A DNA stretch of 51,325 nucleotides, from contig NW_021834170.1 in assembly GCF_006345805.1 (NCBI RefSeq), positions 1 to 51,325 on the forward strand, read 5' to 3'. The DNA comes from Octopus sinensis (lineage: Eukaryota). This document shows, in pieces, positions 24,373-36,531 of the stretch (positions are counted from its first letter, which is position 1; each line of letters starts with the position of its first letter). A model generated the notes under the pieces. The model saw nothing but the letters and a program-made list of their open reading frames with translations. It did no database searches and was not told the DNA's origin. The translations under genes and the position numbers were made by a program.

Positions 24373-24929
24373 AGGTGCTGCTTTATATAAATTTTTTTGT
24401 ATACATATACATGGCCACTTGAAGACATGTAAGCATATTAACACAACCAGGTATTTATGACTTGCGTGTGGTGTGTGACTAAATAAGCAGAACATATTAC
24501 ATACACTTTTATATACATCACTACATTCATGCATATATATATATACTCACGCAATCACATGCATCTACAAACATGCGTGTGCTGAGCCTCTATATACACC
24601 TTACTGAAAGAAGTAAGTATAACAATAGGTTTTTTTTTCATGATTTAGCAAGAATCAAAAAGACGCGGTTGTGTTGCTTAGAGGCAACTTCAAAATGTTA
24701 TCCATTATCACACTTCTTTTAAGGAAGCCAGATTATTTTCCAAAGCAACACAAAACAGGACTGTAATTATTAGTATTGTTATTGTTGTTGTTGTGGTTGT
24801 GGTTATTGTGGTTGTGGTTGTTGTTGTGGTTTGTTGTTGTTGTTATGAGGCTTCTTTCCTTGTGTATTTTGGACATCCATCATTTGAGCTAACTTTTAGT
24901 TTTCATTAGCATTTTTACAGAGAGCAAGA

Positions 24930-24993
24930 GAAAGAGAGAGAGAGAGAGAGGAGAGAGACAGATAGAAAGAGAGAGGGAGAGAGGGAGGGAGGG

Positions 24994-25025
<32 letters not shown>

Positions 25026-25423
25026 CATATATGAATATGTGTTTGTATACTCGATACACATATAGACATGTATGCATGTGTGTATGTATATGTGTGTGAG
25101 TGTAGTGTGTGTATGTTATGTATATATATATATATTACATGCGTACATACACACAAACACACACATACACACGTACATCATACATATATACATACATATA
25201 TATACATATATATAAATATATACATAAATATCCATGTATGTACATCTATATTTATGTATATATATATGTGTGTGTGTGTGTATATATATATGATGTATGT
25301 GTGTATATATATATATATATATGATGTATGTGTGTATGTGTGTGTGTATATATATATATATGTGTGGTGTATACATACATACATATGTATATATATATAT
25401 GTATATATATATGTATGTGTGAA

Positions 25424-25457
<34 letters not shown>

Positions 25458-25520
25458 GGTATGTATGTGTATGTATGTATATATATGTACATACATACTT
25501 ATGTATGTATGTATGTATAG
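24930..25520. repeat. (GA)/(GT)/(TA) microsatellite field
   Basis: Direct reading. Confidence 0.9.
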
Positions 25521-26019
25521 CATTTGCCATATCGCTGAATGATGTTTGTGAACCAGTGCTCTGCTAATCATCCTTTTACGTAGATCTAATCATGAAACTA
25601 TGGTGTGTCTGGATTATATGAGCAGTGAGATCCCACAGATCCTCATAGCAGCATGGAGCAGTGTTTTTCCTTTTTTTTTTTACATCATTTTATCCTCTTT
25701 TGTTTGCAATGTTGAAGACAGCAGGAGTTTTCCAGTTGCGCTTTACAGCCGAGTTTTTTTTTTTTTTGAAGAATTGCCCATGAGTAAGTCATTCTCATAG
25801 GAACTCTATAGCACTTTTCTCTTCCCACCACACATGTTAATGAGTATCTCATGCATATTGAGTGACCATCATACATTTATGCAGAATGTCTGTTGATAAC
25901 CTTTACCTTGAACTACCCTGCCAAACCATAACAATTAGGGATAGTACTTTCTTAACTTGGCCTTGATCTCAATACCTCAGTCGGTATCAGTTAATGGTAA
26001 AGCAAAGATTCTTAGTTCC

Positions 26020-26490
26020 ACTGTGTTTGTCTCACCCCCCCACCCCACCACCACTGCTTGACAACCTATTTCTTTGTTACCCACAAGGGGCTAAACATAG
26101 AGGGGACAAACAAGGACAGACATAGGTATTATGTCGATTACATCGACCCCGGTGCGTAACTGGTACTTAGTTAATCGACCCCGAAAGGATGAAAGGCAAA
26201 GTCGACCTCAGCGGAATTTGAACTCACAACGTAACGGCAGACGAAGTACCGCAAAGCATTTCGCCTGGTGTGCTAACACTTCTGCTAGCTCGCCGCCTTA
26301 TATATATGACAACCGTTGTTGGTGTGTTTACATTCCTGTAACTTAGAAGTTCAGCAAAAGAGACTGATAGAATAGGTACTAGGCTTAAAAAATAAGTACT
26401 AAGGTCAATTCATTCAGCTAAAACTCTTGAAGGTGGTGCCCCAGCATGGCCACAGTCTAATGACTGAAATAGATAAACGTAAAGATAAAG
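26020..26490 (+). mobile_element. SINE F3 3' half interrupted by an F2 SINE
   Basis: F3 sequence resumes exactly after the duplicated TGACAACC. Confidence 0.85.
26067..26306 (-). mobile_element. SINE F2
   Basis: Head AAGGCGGCGAGCTAGCAGAA..GAGTTCAAATTCCG (B-box-like); TSD TGACAACC at 26059-26066 and 26307-26314. Confidence 0.9.
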
Positions 26491-26552
26491 GTTATAACAA
26501 TGTGATAAATACTGGTATAATGTCAAGAATTGTTGTGGAATGAGTAGAGTCG

Positions 26553-27088
26553 GTCAAATTTGTGGTGGCGTAAATGTGCCAGTATGGCATCACGTAAAGG
26601 CACCCATGCAGTCAAATTTGTGGTGGCGTAAATGTGCCAGTATGGCATCACGTAAAGGCACCCATGCAGTCAAATTTGTGGTGGCGTAAATGTGCCAGTA
26701 TGGCATCACGTAAAGGCACCCATGCAGTCAAATTTGTGGTGGCGGAAATTGCCAGTATGGCATCACGTAAAGGCACCCATGCAGTCAAATTTGTGGTGGC
26801 GTAAATGTGCCAGTATGGCATCACGTAAAGGCACCCATGCAGTCAAATTTGTGGTGGCGTAAATGTGCCAGTATGGCATCACGTAAAGGCACCCATGCAG
26901 TCAAATTTGTGGTGGCGTAAATGTGCCAGTATGGCATCACGTAAAGGCACCCATGCAGTCAAATTTGTGGTGGCGTAAATGTGCCAGTATGGCATCACGT
27001 AAAGGCACCCATGCAGTCAAATTTGTGGTGGCGTAAATGTGCCAGTATGGCATCACGTAAAGGCACCCATGCAGTCAAATTTGTGGTG
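26553..27088. repeat. 58-bp tandem minisatellite, 9 full units plus a partial unit
   Basis: Unit GTCAAATTTGTGGTGGCGTAAATGTGCCAGTATGGCATCACGTAAAGGCACCCATGCA; only unit 4 differs. Confidence 0.97.
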
Positions 27089-27432
27089 CATGTAAAAGTG
27101 CCTGTACAGTGTCACATAAAAGTGTCCGTGTGGTGACATGTAAAAGCACCTGTGTGGTGTCACATAAGCACCTGTGCAAAGCCACATAAAAGTACCCATG
27201 GACTGCCGTGTAAAAGTGCTCCTCGTGTGATACCACGTGGAAGTGCCTGTGTGGTGTCACACAAAAGCACCCAGCATACTCTGTAAAGTGGTTGGCATTA
27301 GAAAGGGCATCCAGCTGTGAAAACCATGCCAAATCAGACTGGAGTCTGGTGCAGCTCCCCAGCTTGTCAGCTCTGGTCAAACCTTCCAACCCATGCCAGC
27401 ATGGACAATGGACATTAAATGATGATGATGAT
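27089..27432 (+). mobile_element. RTE family A 3'UTR with ~21-bp subrepeats
   Basis: Diverged GTGTCACATAAAAGTGCC-like units, then UTR and (GAT)n. Confidence 0.85.
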
Positions 27433-27575
27433 AATTTGACTGGGACTTATTTTATCAAACCTGCTATAATGAAAGGCAAAGGTGGCCCCCTGGGGGAAAG
27501 ATAATGGAATGCAATAGAAAAAAACAATAAGAATTCAACTCGGTCTTTTAATGATTCTGTGATTAGATATATTAA

Positions 27576-28192
27576 CCCTTTAGCATTCAGATTGTTTTGT
27601 CAAATGTAATACTTCTTTATTGACATTGTTCTGAATCAACCATGCATTATCTCATAGCTTCAAGATTTCAATAATGTGATTGCTTATTTTTCAGAATCAC
27701 ATTGCGGGAGGGGTATGAAAGGTTGGATCTGCCCAATTTGGGCATAAAACAAGTAGAATATTTGGGCGGGATGGAAGCACTCCGTCGGTTACGACGACGA
27801 GGGTTCCGGTTGATCCGAATCAACGGAACAGCCTGCTCGTGAAATTAATGTGTAAGTGGCTGAGCACTCCACAGACACGTGAACCCTTAACGTAGTTCTC
27901 GGGGATATTCAGCGTGACACAGAGAGTGACAAGGCCGGCCCTTTGAAATACAGGTACAACAGAAACAGGAAGTAAGAGTGAGAGAAAGTTGTGGTGAAAG
28001 AGTACAGCAGGGATCACCACCATCCCTGCCGGAGCCTCGTGGAGCTTTAGGTGTTTTCGCTCAATAAACACTCACAACGCCCGGTCTGGGAATCGAAACC
28101 GCGATCCTATGACTGCGAGTCCGCTGCCCTAACCATTGGGCCATTGCACCTCCACACTTGGGCCGGATATAGCTGGTTAGAATGCTAAAGGG
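27576..28192. mobile_element. piggyBac-type MITE P1 containing a SINE
   Basis: TTAA|CCCTTTAGCATT...AATGCTAAAGGG|TTAA. Confidence 0.9.
27768..28156 (-). mobile_element. SINE F1, tail type A, nested in MITE P1
   Basis: Full length; TTGGGC duplicated at the flanks. Confidence 0.92.
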
Positions 28193-28239
28193 TTAATTCT
28201 ATCATAGGAACAAGGTTTTAAATTTTATGCTGCCAAATT

Positions 28240-28473
28240 CATATTGATTTCAAATTTTGGCACAAGGCCAGCAAGTTTGAGAGAGGAAGTTAGTCAATTA
28301 TATCAGCCCCAGTGTACAACTGGTATTTATTTTATCAACCCTGAAAGGGTGAAAGGCAAAGTTGACCTTAGTGGAATTTGAGCTCAGAATGTAAAGACAG
28401 ATGAAATGCCGCTGATCATTTTGCCCGGTGTTCTAATGATTCTGCCAGCTCACCACCTTAACAACAACAGCAA

Positions 28474-28508
<35 letters not shown>

Positions 28509-28895
28509 ATCCTTTCTACTAAAAGCACAAGACCTGATATTTTGTGAGAGGGGCCTAGTCAATTACAACAACCCCAGTGTTTCACTGCTATTCAATTTAT
28601 TGACCCCGAAAGGATGAAAGGCAAAGTCGACCTTGGCAGAATTTGAACTCAGAACACGAAGATAGATGAAATGCTGCTAATGATTGTACCTGTCGGTGCT
28701 AACAATTCTGCCAGCTCACTTTGCCTTAACTAGAGGATTCATATTAACCTGGGTACTTGACAGGTATTTATCTTGTCAGCAACAGAAGGATAAAAGAGAA
28801 AATTTGACTCCAGCAGGGTTTGAATTCAGTACGTGAAGTGTTGTAACGAAATACTGTAAGGCATTTTGGTCAATATTCAAAGAATTCTGCCAAGA
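28240..28895 (-). mobile_element. three tandem SINE F2 copies
   Basis: GAAAGGCAAAGT..GAATTTGAACTCAGAA-like core at ~28350, ~28616 and (decayed) ~28790. Confidence 0.8.
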
Positions 28896-28959
28896 AATTT
28901 GATCCTTTAATATGGTTATTCTATCATTGTTCATGTTGATGTTGTTGCTGCTGCTAATC

Positions 28960-29190
28960 TACTTCTTCTTCTTCTTCTTTCACTTCTTCTTCTTCTTCTT
29001 GTCACTTCTTCTTCTTCTCCTTCTTTTCTTTGCTTCTTTCTTCTTCTTCTATTTTCTTCTTTCATCCTTCTCTTTCTTTTCTTCTTTCTTCTTATTCTTC
29101 TTCTTCTTCTTCTTCTTCTTCTTCTTCTCTTCTTACTTCTTATTCCTCTCCTCTTTCCTTTTCTTCTTCTTCTTCTTCTTCTTACTTCTT
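28960..29190. repeat. (CTT)n tract
   Basis: Direct reading. Confidence 0.92.
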
Positions 29191-29227
29191 CACTGCCACT
29201 GCTGCTGCTGCCACCACCATTTACGTT

Positions 29228-29243
29228 ATCATCATCATCATCC

Positions 29244-29284
<41 letters not shown>

Positions 29285-29480
29285 GTCGTCATCATTTAGC
29301 ATGTATTTTACATGCTGACATTGTTTAAACAGCAGCTGGTGAACCACTGGAACCATGACAAGCTCCAGTGTCTTCCTTGGCATGGTTTCTCCAGCTGAGT
29401 GCCCTTCCAAATGCCAACCATCTTGCACAATGTATCAGGCGCTTTTTATGTGTCACAGGCACTAGTGAGGTGACCAAATA
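29228..29480 (-). mobile_element. old RTE family A 3'UTR
   Basis: (CAT)n then GGCATGGTTTC..GCCCTTCCAAATGCCAACCA. Confidence 0.75.
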
Positions 29481-29562
29481 ACTCCCTTGACAGGTCCCAG
29501 AACCAAGGGCAAAGAATACTGAAGGAAGTGGCTTTCTCTCAAAATCAATAAATTGTGTTTAA

Positions 29563-29781
29563 CCCTTTAGTATTTAAACTGGCTATATCCGGCCAAAATA
29601 GTTAATCTGTTTTATGTTCAAACTGACCAGATCCAGGCTCTCACACCTACCCTACAATGTTATTTTATATTAAGTAATTACACCATCAAGATCTTGAAGA
29701 TATGAGATAATGTGTGATTAATTCAAATCAACGGGAATCAATAGGCATTATGTTTGATTGAATAATTTGAACGCTAAAGGG
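29563..29781. mobile_element. piggyBac-type MITE P1 (219 bp)
   Basis: TTAA|CCCTTTAG...CTAAAGGG|TTAA; opposite orientation to the copy at 27576. Confidence 0.9.
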
Positions 29782-31319
29782 TTAAGCAACATCAAGTATT
29801 TGGACTTTACTTCTATTGCATTTTTTCCTTTAGTTTAGCTTTCCAAGAGAAGGAATATCATTTTGGTTTTTCGAGGTTAAGAACTAAAGTGAAAACAAAA
29901 ACATCACAGGAGAGAGAAACAAATCTGTTGGCAGTGGTTGGCTTAACCAAGGCTATTAATGGATTTAATAAAATGAAACGATTCCAACATTGTCCAAATG
30001 AATCTGGTTTTTGGAGGTTTTGATTACTGAGACCCTAACCATATAATTCCATGGCACTGATAATAGTAAAACAATAATAAATAAATGAATAGATAAATAA
30101 AAACAAAGCAAAAATGAAAGACAGGAAGCTAGGAAATAAAGGAGAATTAGGCCATAAATAGAAGACTAAAATTAACCTTTCATTGAAGAACACAAGTGAA
30201 AATTATGGCCTTTAGTATGCTGTGATGTGTCTGCAAGAATGAATGAAGGTTCATAGTTAATGCTCTCAGTCTGTTACAATCCTGATTCCACCTGATGGTT
30301 AGTTACCATTGTTGTACACATTCCATAGAAATGATTGTTTGAAGCATTCACTGGTGTTGCCAAGTAGACGCAGTTTTGGCGTGAATGGCATTTTTCTTAA
30401 AGACATGCTCTAGAATTGGCAGAGGGGAATGTTACTTAAACTAACGAGAACAAGAATTTATAGCTTTTTAATTCTTTCTATGTCTTTGACAGATTTGCAT
30501 CCTTAGATTATCAGAAGAAATTCTTCAGTCGTAAAGTATCAATCATGTCAGGGTTGTTTTTCTGAAGAAGGTCAAAGGGGTATTTTATGAAACAAAAGAA
30601 TTTAAAGATTGCCATTACCGCCTTCACAACCTCTATACATGTATGTGTGTGTGGATGTGTGTTGTGTGTGTGTGAGTGTACATACATACAAATATACACA
30701 CACACACAGAGACATGTGTACATACACATAAATATACATGCATATACCTACACACACACATGCACACATACAATGCATGTATGTGTATGTTTATATATAT
30801 ATATATATATACACACATACATATACATCTCTCCCTCGCACTATATATATGTATATTTATATTTGTGTGTGTGTATAAATATATGTATATAGTGTATGTG
30901 GTTAATTATAAATATGTGCACACACACACACACATATATACACACACACATTTGTATATATAAAGAAAAATGGATCTAAACAGCTCAACTGCAAGAAATA
31001 ATAACCAAATCTCTTGCATTTCATAGCCACCCACCAACTCATTTTAGAAATAAGTACCCCAAAAATATTCATGTCCTAATTATCCTATGACTGTATGGAA
31101 AAAGGGAAGGTTATTCATGGCTGGAGTGCCTTTGGTCAAAAATCTGCTCAATCAACTTTGAGCAAGAACTAACAAACAAGATCAACAAAAAAAAAAAAGA
31201 AAAAAATTATCAAGTCATTAACATTGACCGATAGCAATTTGAACTAGCAAACTTCCAATCCAAAGGAATTATAGCCTTAACCACCTGAGCCATCATGAAC
31301 TCACATATTTTTGTCCAAA

Positions 31320-31530
31320 TTGTATTTATTTATCCTTTTATGCTTTGACCTGCTTCATTCATTGGACTCAAGTCATGCTGAGGCACCACTTTGCTGGGGT
31401 GGGGTGGTGGGGTGGTGGTAGTTTATCTGTCAAATTAACTCCTGTACTTATTCTTTCATTCTCATTTTGCTGAGCAGCTAAGTTATGGGATGTAAATGAA
31501 CCAACACTAGATGTCAAGTTGTGAAAGACA
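31320..31530 (-). mobile_element. old SINE F3 3' half
   Basis: Degenerate match (CATGCTGAGGCACCAC, CTAAGTTATGGGATGTAAA). Confidence 0.7.
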
Positions 31531-31599
31531 AACAGAAAAATACACACATTTATATATATTTGAATATGTATTTCGCTCTCTCTCTCTCTTTATACATAC

Positions 31600-31835
31600 A
31601 TACCATCCGATCGTGGCCGTTTGCCAGCCTCGTCTGGCACCTGTGCCGGTGGCACGTAAAAAGCACACACTACACTCACGGAGTGGTTGGCATTAGGAAG
31701 GGCATCCAGCCGTAGAAACATTGCCAGATCAGACTGGGCCTGGTGCAGCCTTCTGGCTTCCCAGACCCCAGTTGAACCGTCCAACCCATGCTAGCATGGA
31801 AAGCAGATGCTAAATGATGATTATGATGATGATGA
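31600..31835 (+). mobile_element. RTE family A 3'UTR (young)
   Basis: High similarity to 32483-32692. Confidence 0.88.
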
Positions 31836-31924
31836 CAGACACACACACACACACACACATATACTCATGTATACACACACTCTGCATACGCACAAACGTA
31901 TATATACTCATTCATATATATTCA

Positions 31925-32457
31925 TTTATTCTTTTCCTTGTCACAGTCATTTGACTGTGGCCATGCTGCAGCACTGCCTTTAGTCAAACCCAGGGCTTAT
32001 TCTTTGTAAACCTAGTACTTATTCTGGAGGTCTCTTTTGCTGAACTACTAAGTTACGGGGTTCAAATGGCTACTGGTTACAACTAAGTGCAGATATCCAA
32101 CTGTCATTTGACACAGGCAACAGTCATGGAATATATGAGGGTTCAAGAAAGTCATCAACCCAACCCAGAGCAAGATAGCTCCACTCAAATCCAGAACAGG
32201 GAAAGTTATCAAGGACAAAAGAGAGCAGCTGAAGAGATGGGGTGTGTGTGTGATAAAAACAGTCACACAAACACACACACACACACACATATATACGACA
32301 GGCTTCTTTCAGTTTCTGCCTACCAAATCCACTCACACGGCTTTGGTCGGCCTGAGGCTATAGTAGAAGACACTTGCCCAAGGTGCCATGCAGTGGGATT
32401 GAAACCAGAACCATGTTGTTGGTAAGCCAGCTACTTACTACATAGCCACTCCTATGC
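31925..32457 (-). mobile_element. SINE F3 with its middle replaced by a LINE fragment
   Basis: 3' part at 31925-32060, 5' part at ~32255-32457. Confidence 0.85.
32065..32240 (+). pseudogene. internal RTE ORF2 fragment (region between endonuclease and RT)
   Basis: NGYWLQLSADIQLSFDTGNSHGIYEG/(frameshift)KKVINPTQSKIAPLKSRTGKVIKDKREQLKRW. Confidence 0.8.
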
Positions 32458-32482
32458 TGATATATATATATATATATATATA

Positions 32483-32692
32483 ACCTCGTCTGGCACCTGT
32501 GTCGGTGGCACATAAAAGCACCCACTACACTCTCGGAGTGGTTGGCGTTAGGAAGGGCATCCAGCTGTAGAAACACTGCCAGATCTGACTGGCCTGGTGC
32601 AGCCTTTGGGCTTCCCGGACCCCAGTTGAACCGTCCAACCCATGCTAGCATGGAAAGCGGACGTTAAACGATGATGATGATGATGATGATGA
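32483..32692 (+). mobile_element. RTE family A 3'UTR (young)
   Basis: UTR and (GAT)n, flanked by (TA)n. Confidence 0.88.
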
Positions 32693-32700
32693 TATATATA

Positions 32701-32755
<55 letters not shown>

Positions 32756-33271
32756 TATAGATGTATATACACACACACATACATACACAAACATACATAC
32801 ATGCATGCATACATATATATGTGTCTAGAAATCCATACATTGTTTTATAAATATTGCTTAAATACAGAAATTTCATGAGGAAAATTATTAGAGTGACCTT
32901 GCTTGTATGAAGTTTAAGATATATGGAATATTCTCACGAGAGGCAGTAAAACAACCATTTTAGCACATGTCACTTGCAAAGTTTGTTTTTTTAATAAAGA
33001 ACATAAACACTATTTTCTTCATAATTTTCATATACTATTTTAAAATGTATTTAGACAGTGAATATTTTAACAGAAAACAGGCTCAGATTACCAGCTGAAT
33101 GATTAGAAATGTATAACTCGGAGTACTGGAATTGAGAACTTTTCAGTTATATCACACACACACACACACATATATATACATATATATATGAGTAAATGTA
33201 AGGATAAGTAAGTTAGGCAAGTCGATATACAAAAAATATTAAATATATTCAATACAAAAAATGTACATATA

Positions 33272-33674
33272 TTTACTCTTTTACTCTTTTACTTGTTTCA
33301 GTCATTTGACTGCGGCCATGCTGGAGCACCGCCTTTAGTTGAGCAAATCGACCCCGGGACTTATTCTTTGTAAGCCCAGTACTTATTCTATCGGTCCCTT
33401 TTACCGAACCGCTAAGTGACGGGGACGTAAACACACCAGCATCGGTTGTCAAGCGATGTTGGGAGTACAAACGCAGACACACAAACATACACACACATAC
33501 ATATATATATATATATACATATATACGACAGGCTTCTTTCAGTTTCCGTCTACCGAATCCACTCACAAGGCATTGGTCGGCCCGAGGCTATAGCAAAAGA
33601 CACTTGCCCAAGATGCCACGCAGTGGGACTGAACCAGGAACCATGTGGTTGGTAAGCAAGCTACTTACCACAAA
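33272..33674 (-). mobile_element. SINE F3, young, near full length
   Basis: tRNA-like head (GGTTCAGTCCCACTGCGTGGCA), CORE-like CTTGGGCAAGTGTC, internal (CA)(TA)n, tail (GTAAAAGA)2; CpGs retained. Confidence 0.9.
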
Positions 33675-33739
33675 GTGCCAGCTGATACAGAATAGAAATG
33701 ATATCAGAAATGAAAGGAGTTAAATAACAGTTTTACGCG

Positions 33740-33830
33740 TCCAACAGCTGTTTCTGGGGGCTTGTGGTCCCAAATAATGATTGTAAATTGATTCCATCAT
33801 CGGATAATACCAGCCTCTGTCTTCAGGGAA
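33740..33830 (-). ncRNA. hammerhead ribozyme-like motif with long helix II
   Basis: Minus strand: TCC-CTGAAGA-cagaggct..(~50 nt)..agccccca-GAAA-CAGCTG-TT-GGA; core intact, helix II mismatched. Confidence 0.6.
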
Positions 33831-33934
33831 GAATTTTACATTTGTGTGTGTGTGTGTGTGTGTGTGCATGCATGTAAATGTGTGTGTGTATTTGTGTGTG
33901 TGTGTGTTTGCACGTGCATATGTATGTGTGTATG

Positions 33935-34140
33935 AGTTTGTGTTTGGTCACCACTGCCACTTGACAACTGCTGTTGGTTTGTTGACATCCTTGTAGCTTA
34001 GTGGCTCAACAAAAGGAGATCAATTAAATAAGTGCCAGGCTTAAAAAATCCTGATGTCGTTTCATTTGACTACAACCGTTCAGGGCAGTACCCCACCATG
34101 GCTGCTTTCCACGGACCACAACAAGTAAAGGATAAAAGAT
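33935..34140 (+). mobile_element. SINE F3 3' half
   Basis: Degenerate match to F3. Confidence 0.78.
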
Positions 34141-34671
34141 GTGTATGTGTATATGTGACAACACGTCCTCTCTCTTCGTCTGCCGAAAAGGCAATTATTT
34201 CAAAATACGCCCACTAAGATAAGTTCAATTGTCTAAAGTCGTAAGACACACGCTGTTTTTGTCCCGTTATTACCATTCTTGTTTTTAATTTTATTTTTGT
34301 TTTTTGTATTTATATTCGTGTGGCATCGTCAGTTTTTCTGTCCTTGTTTCATTTACATTCGATCCTTTTTCCTAGAAATCTAATGCTTGCAGCTTAGTTT
34401 TTCCTTGGGGCTAGCCGGATCTGAGCGATATCAGGATTAATTAGCCGAAATTTGCTATGACGATCCAGTTCCTGACTGAAGGTTAGAGGCTTCGAATGAC
34501 CCGTCTGTTTTTTGTGTCGTCTCTTTGTGTCTTTTGCATTTTTGTCCCATTTTGTATTTTTTATATATAATTTTTATACACACATATATATATATATATA
34601 TATACAAACACATAAATAGATGTAAAAGAATTTGAATATGTGGAGATGGAATGAACAGGCTTTATCACAAA

Positions 34672-34792
34672 TCACTACAATTGTTTCAGCATATCATTAT
34701 CAGCTAGTAATTGCTGAACGTTACATACTTGTGGATTTCCACATGTATATCCAGTAAAAGGATAACTTTTGCTGTATGATAACATCTGGTAA
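34672..34792 (-). ncRNA. strongly degenerate hammerhead-like motif
   Basis: Minus strand: TTAC-CaGATGt-TATCATACAGC..GCTGATAATGATATGCT-GAAA-CAATTG-TA-GTGA. Confidence 0.4.
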
Positions 34793-34894
34793 CTGGAAGC
34801 CAAAGAAGAGCTTAGGAAAAACTCACTAGAAGATTACCCAGATAATATTAAATTATATATATATATGTGTGTGTGTATATATGAATTATGTATT

Positions 34895-35328
34895 GCAGAT
34901 AAGAATCTTGTTTCCCAACCACATGGTTTAGAGTTTAGTTCCAATATATGGCACCCTTGAGTGCCTTCTACAGTAACCTCAGGCCAACCAAAGCTATGTG
35001 AGCAGATTTGGTTGATGGAAACTGAAAGAAGCCTGCTGTACACACAAACACACACACACACATGTATGCATGCATGTGCATACGCTTGCACACACACATA
35101 TATGTGTGTGGGTCTTTATGCCTGTGTTTGTATCCCACCACTGCTTTACAAGCAGTGTTGGTGTGTTTACGTCCCTGTAACTTAACAGTTTAGCAAAAGA
35201 GACTGACAGAATAAATACCAGGCTGATAAAGAAAAAGTATTGAGATTGATTCATTTGATTAATAATTCTTCAAGATGGTGCTCCAACATGGGCACAGTCT
35301 AATGACTGAAACATGTAAAAGAAAAGAT
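34895..35328 (+). mobile_element. SINE F3, old, near full length
   Basis: Both halves present with an internal (CA)/(TG) tract. Confidence 0.82.
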
Positions 35329-35400
35329 ACACACACATGGTCTTCTGTCTACTAAATTCAGTTACAATGCAGTGGATGGTCTGGAGTTATAAGAGAAGAG

Positions 35401-35715
35401 ATCATCATCATCATTGTTTAATGTCTATTTTCCATGCTAGCATGGGTTGGATGGTTCGACCGGGGTCTGGGAAGCCAGGAGGCTGCACCAAGCTCCAATC
35501 TGATCTGGCAGTGTTTTAATAGCTGGATGCCCTTCCTAACGCCAACCACTCCGTGAGTGTAGAGGGTGCTTTTTATGTGCCACCGGCGCAGGTGCCAGGG
35601 GAGGCTGGCAGTGGTCACGATCGGTTGGTGCTTTTTACATGCCACCGGCACAGAAGCCAGTCAAGGCGGCGCTGGCATCGGCCACGTTCGGATGGTGGTT
35701 TTTACGTGCCACCGA
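35401..35715 (-). mobile_element. RTE family A 3'UTR with three ~60-bp subrepeats
   Basis: GGTGCTTTTTA(C/T)GTGCCACCGGC-like motif three times; an F3 head (minus strand) follows at 35716-35810. Confidence 0.87.
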
Positions 35716-36498
35716 CTTGTAGATATTTGTTCAAGGTGCTGCACTGTGGGACTGAATCGAAAACCATTTTGTTGAAATGTGAACTTCTTAACCACATAGC
35801 CATGCCTGCACTTTTATAAAACTTATTTAATAATTTTGTTTGTAGTTTTCTCATCAAATTTAAAAAAAAAAAAAAAAAGATGAATATTTTAAATGAAATT
35901 TCAAAACATAAATGATGATTTCTAGTTCACCTCTCTCAAAGATCTCTCACACCATTTAATCAGCTCAACCTTCCACTTTCATTTCCCCTCCTCTACTCCA
36001 CTTACACTCCACCTCCACTCCATCCTCTGCTCCACCGTCAGCAGCCTGGCACTGCCAAACAGAGGGAATGGTTTATTCATTCAAGTTGAAAAATATTCTC
36101 AGCTGGTGGCAGACCAAACCAGGCAGGGTTGCCAGTTGTGGAATGTGATTGGATTTAGATTAGCAGTAATTGGAATCAAATTTAATTGATAATGAACGGT
36201 AGGTGTGTGTGTGGTGGTAGTGGTGGTGGTGGTGGTTGGTGGGAGGAGATGGGTGCAAATGTGGTGGTGGTGGGGAGAAGCCCTGTGGTTTTGAATAATT
36301 AGCAACTGTTGAATTAAATGAAAATGCTGACAGATTTTGGCAATAAAAATAGTCCTTCTTCACATCCCTACTCCTTGCCATCTTTGGCTGAAATCATTTG
36401 CCAAAAATCCTACACATTACACCATATATGCACAGACTCATTCACATACACATTCATGGATATAAACATATATATATATACATATATATATAAATATA

Positions 36499-36531
<33 letters not shown>

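Noticed and set aside
25520-25900. very old RTE ORF remnant or host exon on the minus strand
   Set aside because: Only faint resemblance, with many stops; not supportable by eye.
26553-27088. CRISPR array
   Set aside because: Contiguous identical units with no unique spacers, no cas genes, eukaryotic context; derived from an RTE UTR.
30560-30600. CTGAAGA..GAAAC hammerhead candidate
   Set aside because: No helix II pairing and no NUH cleavage triplet.
34160-34560. Penelope fragment with a CTGACTGA..CGAA ribozyme-like motif
   Set aside because: Looks like a repeat, but the core spacing is non-canonical and helix I cannot be drawn; left unassigned.
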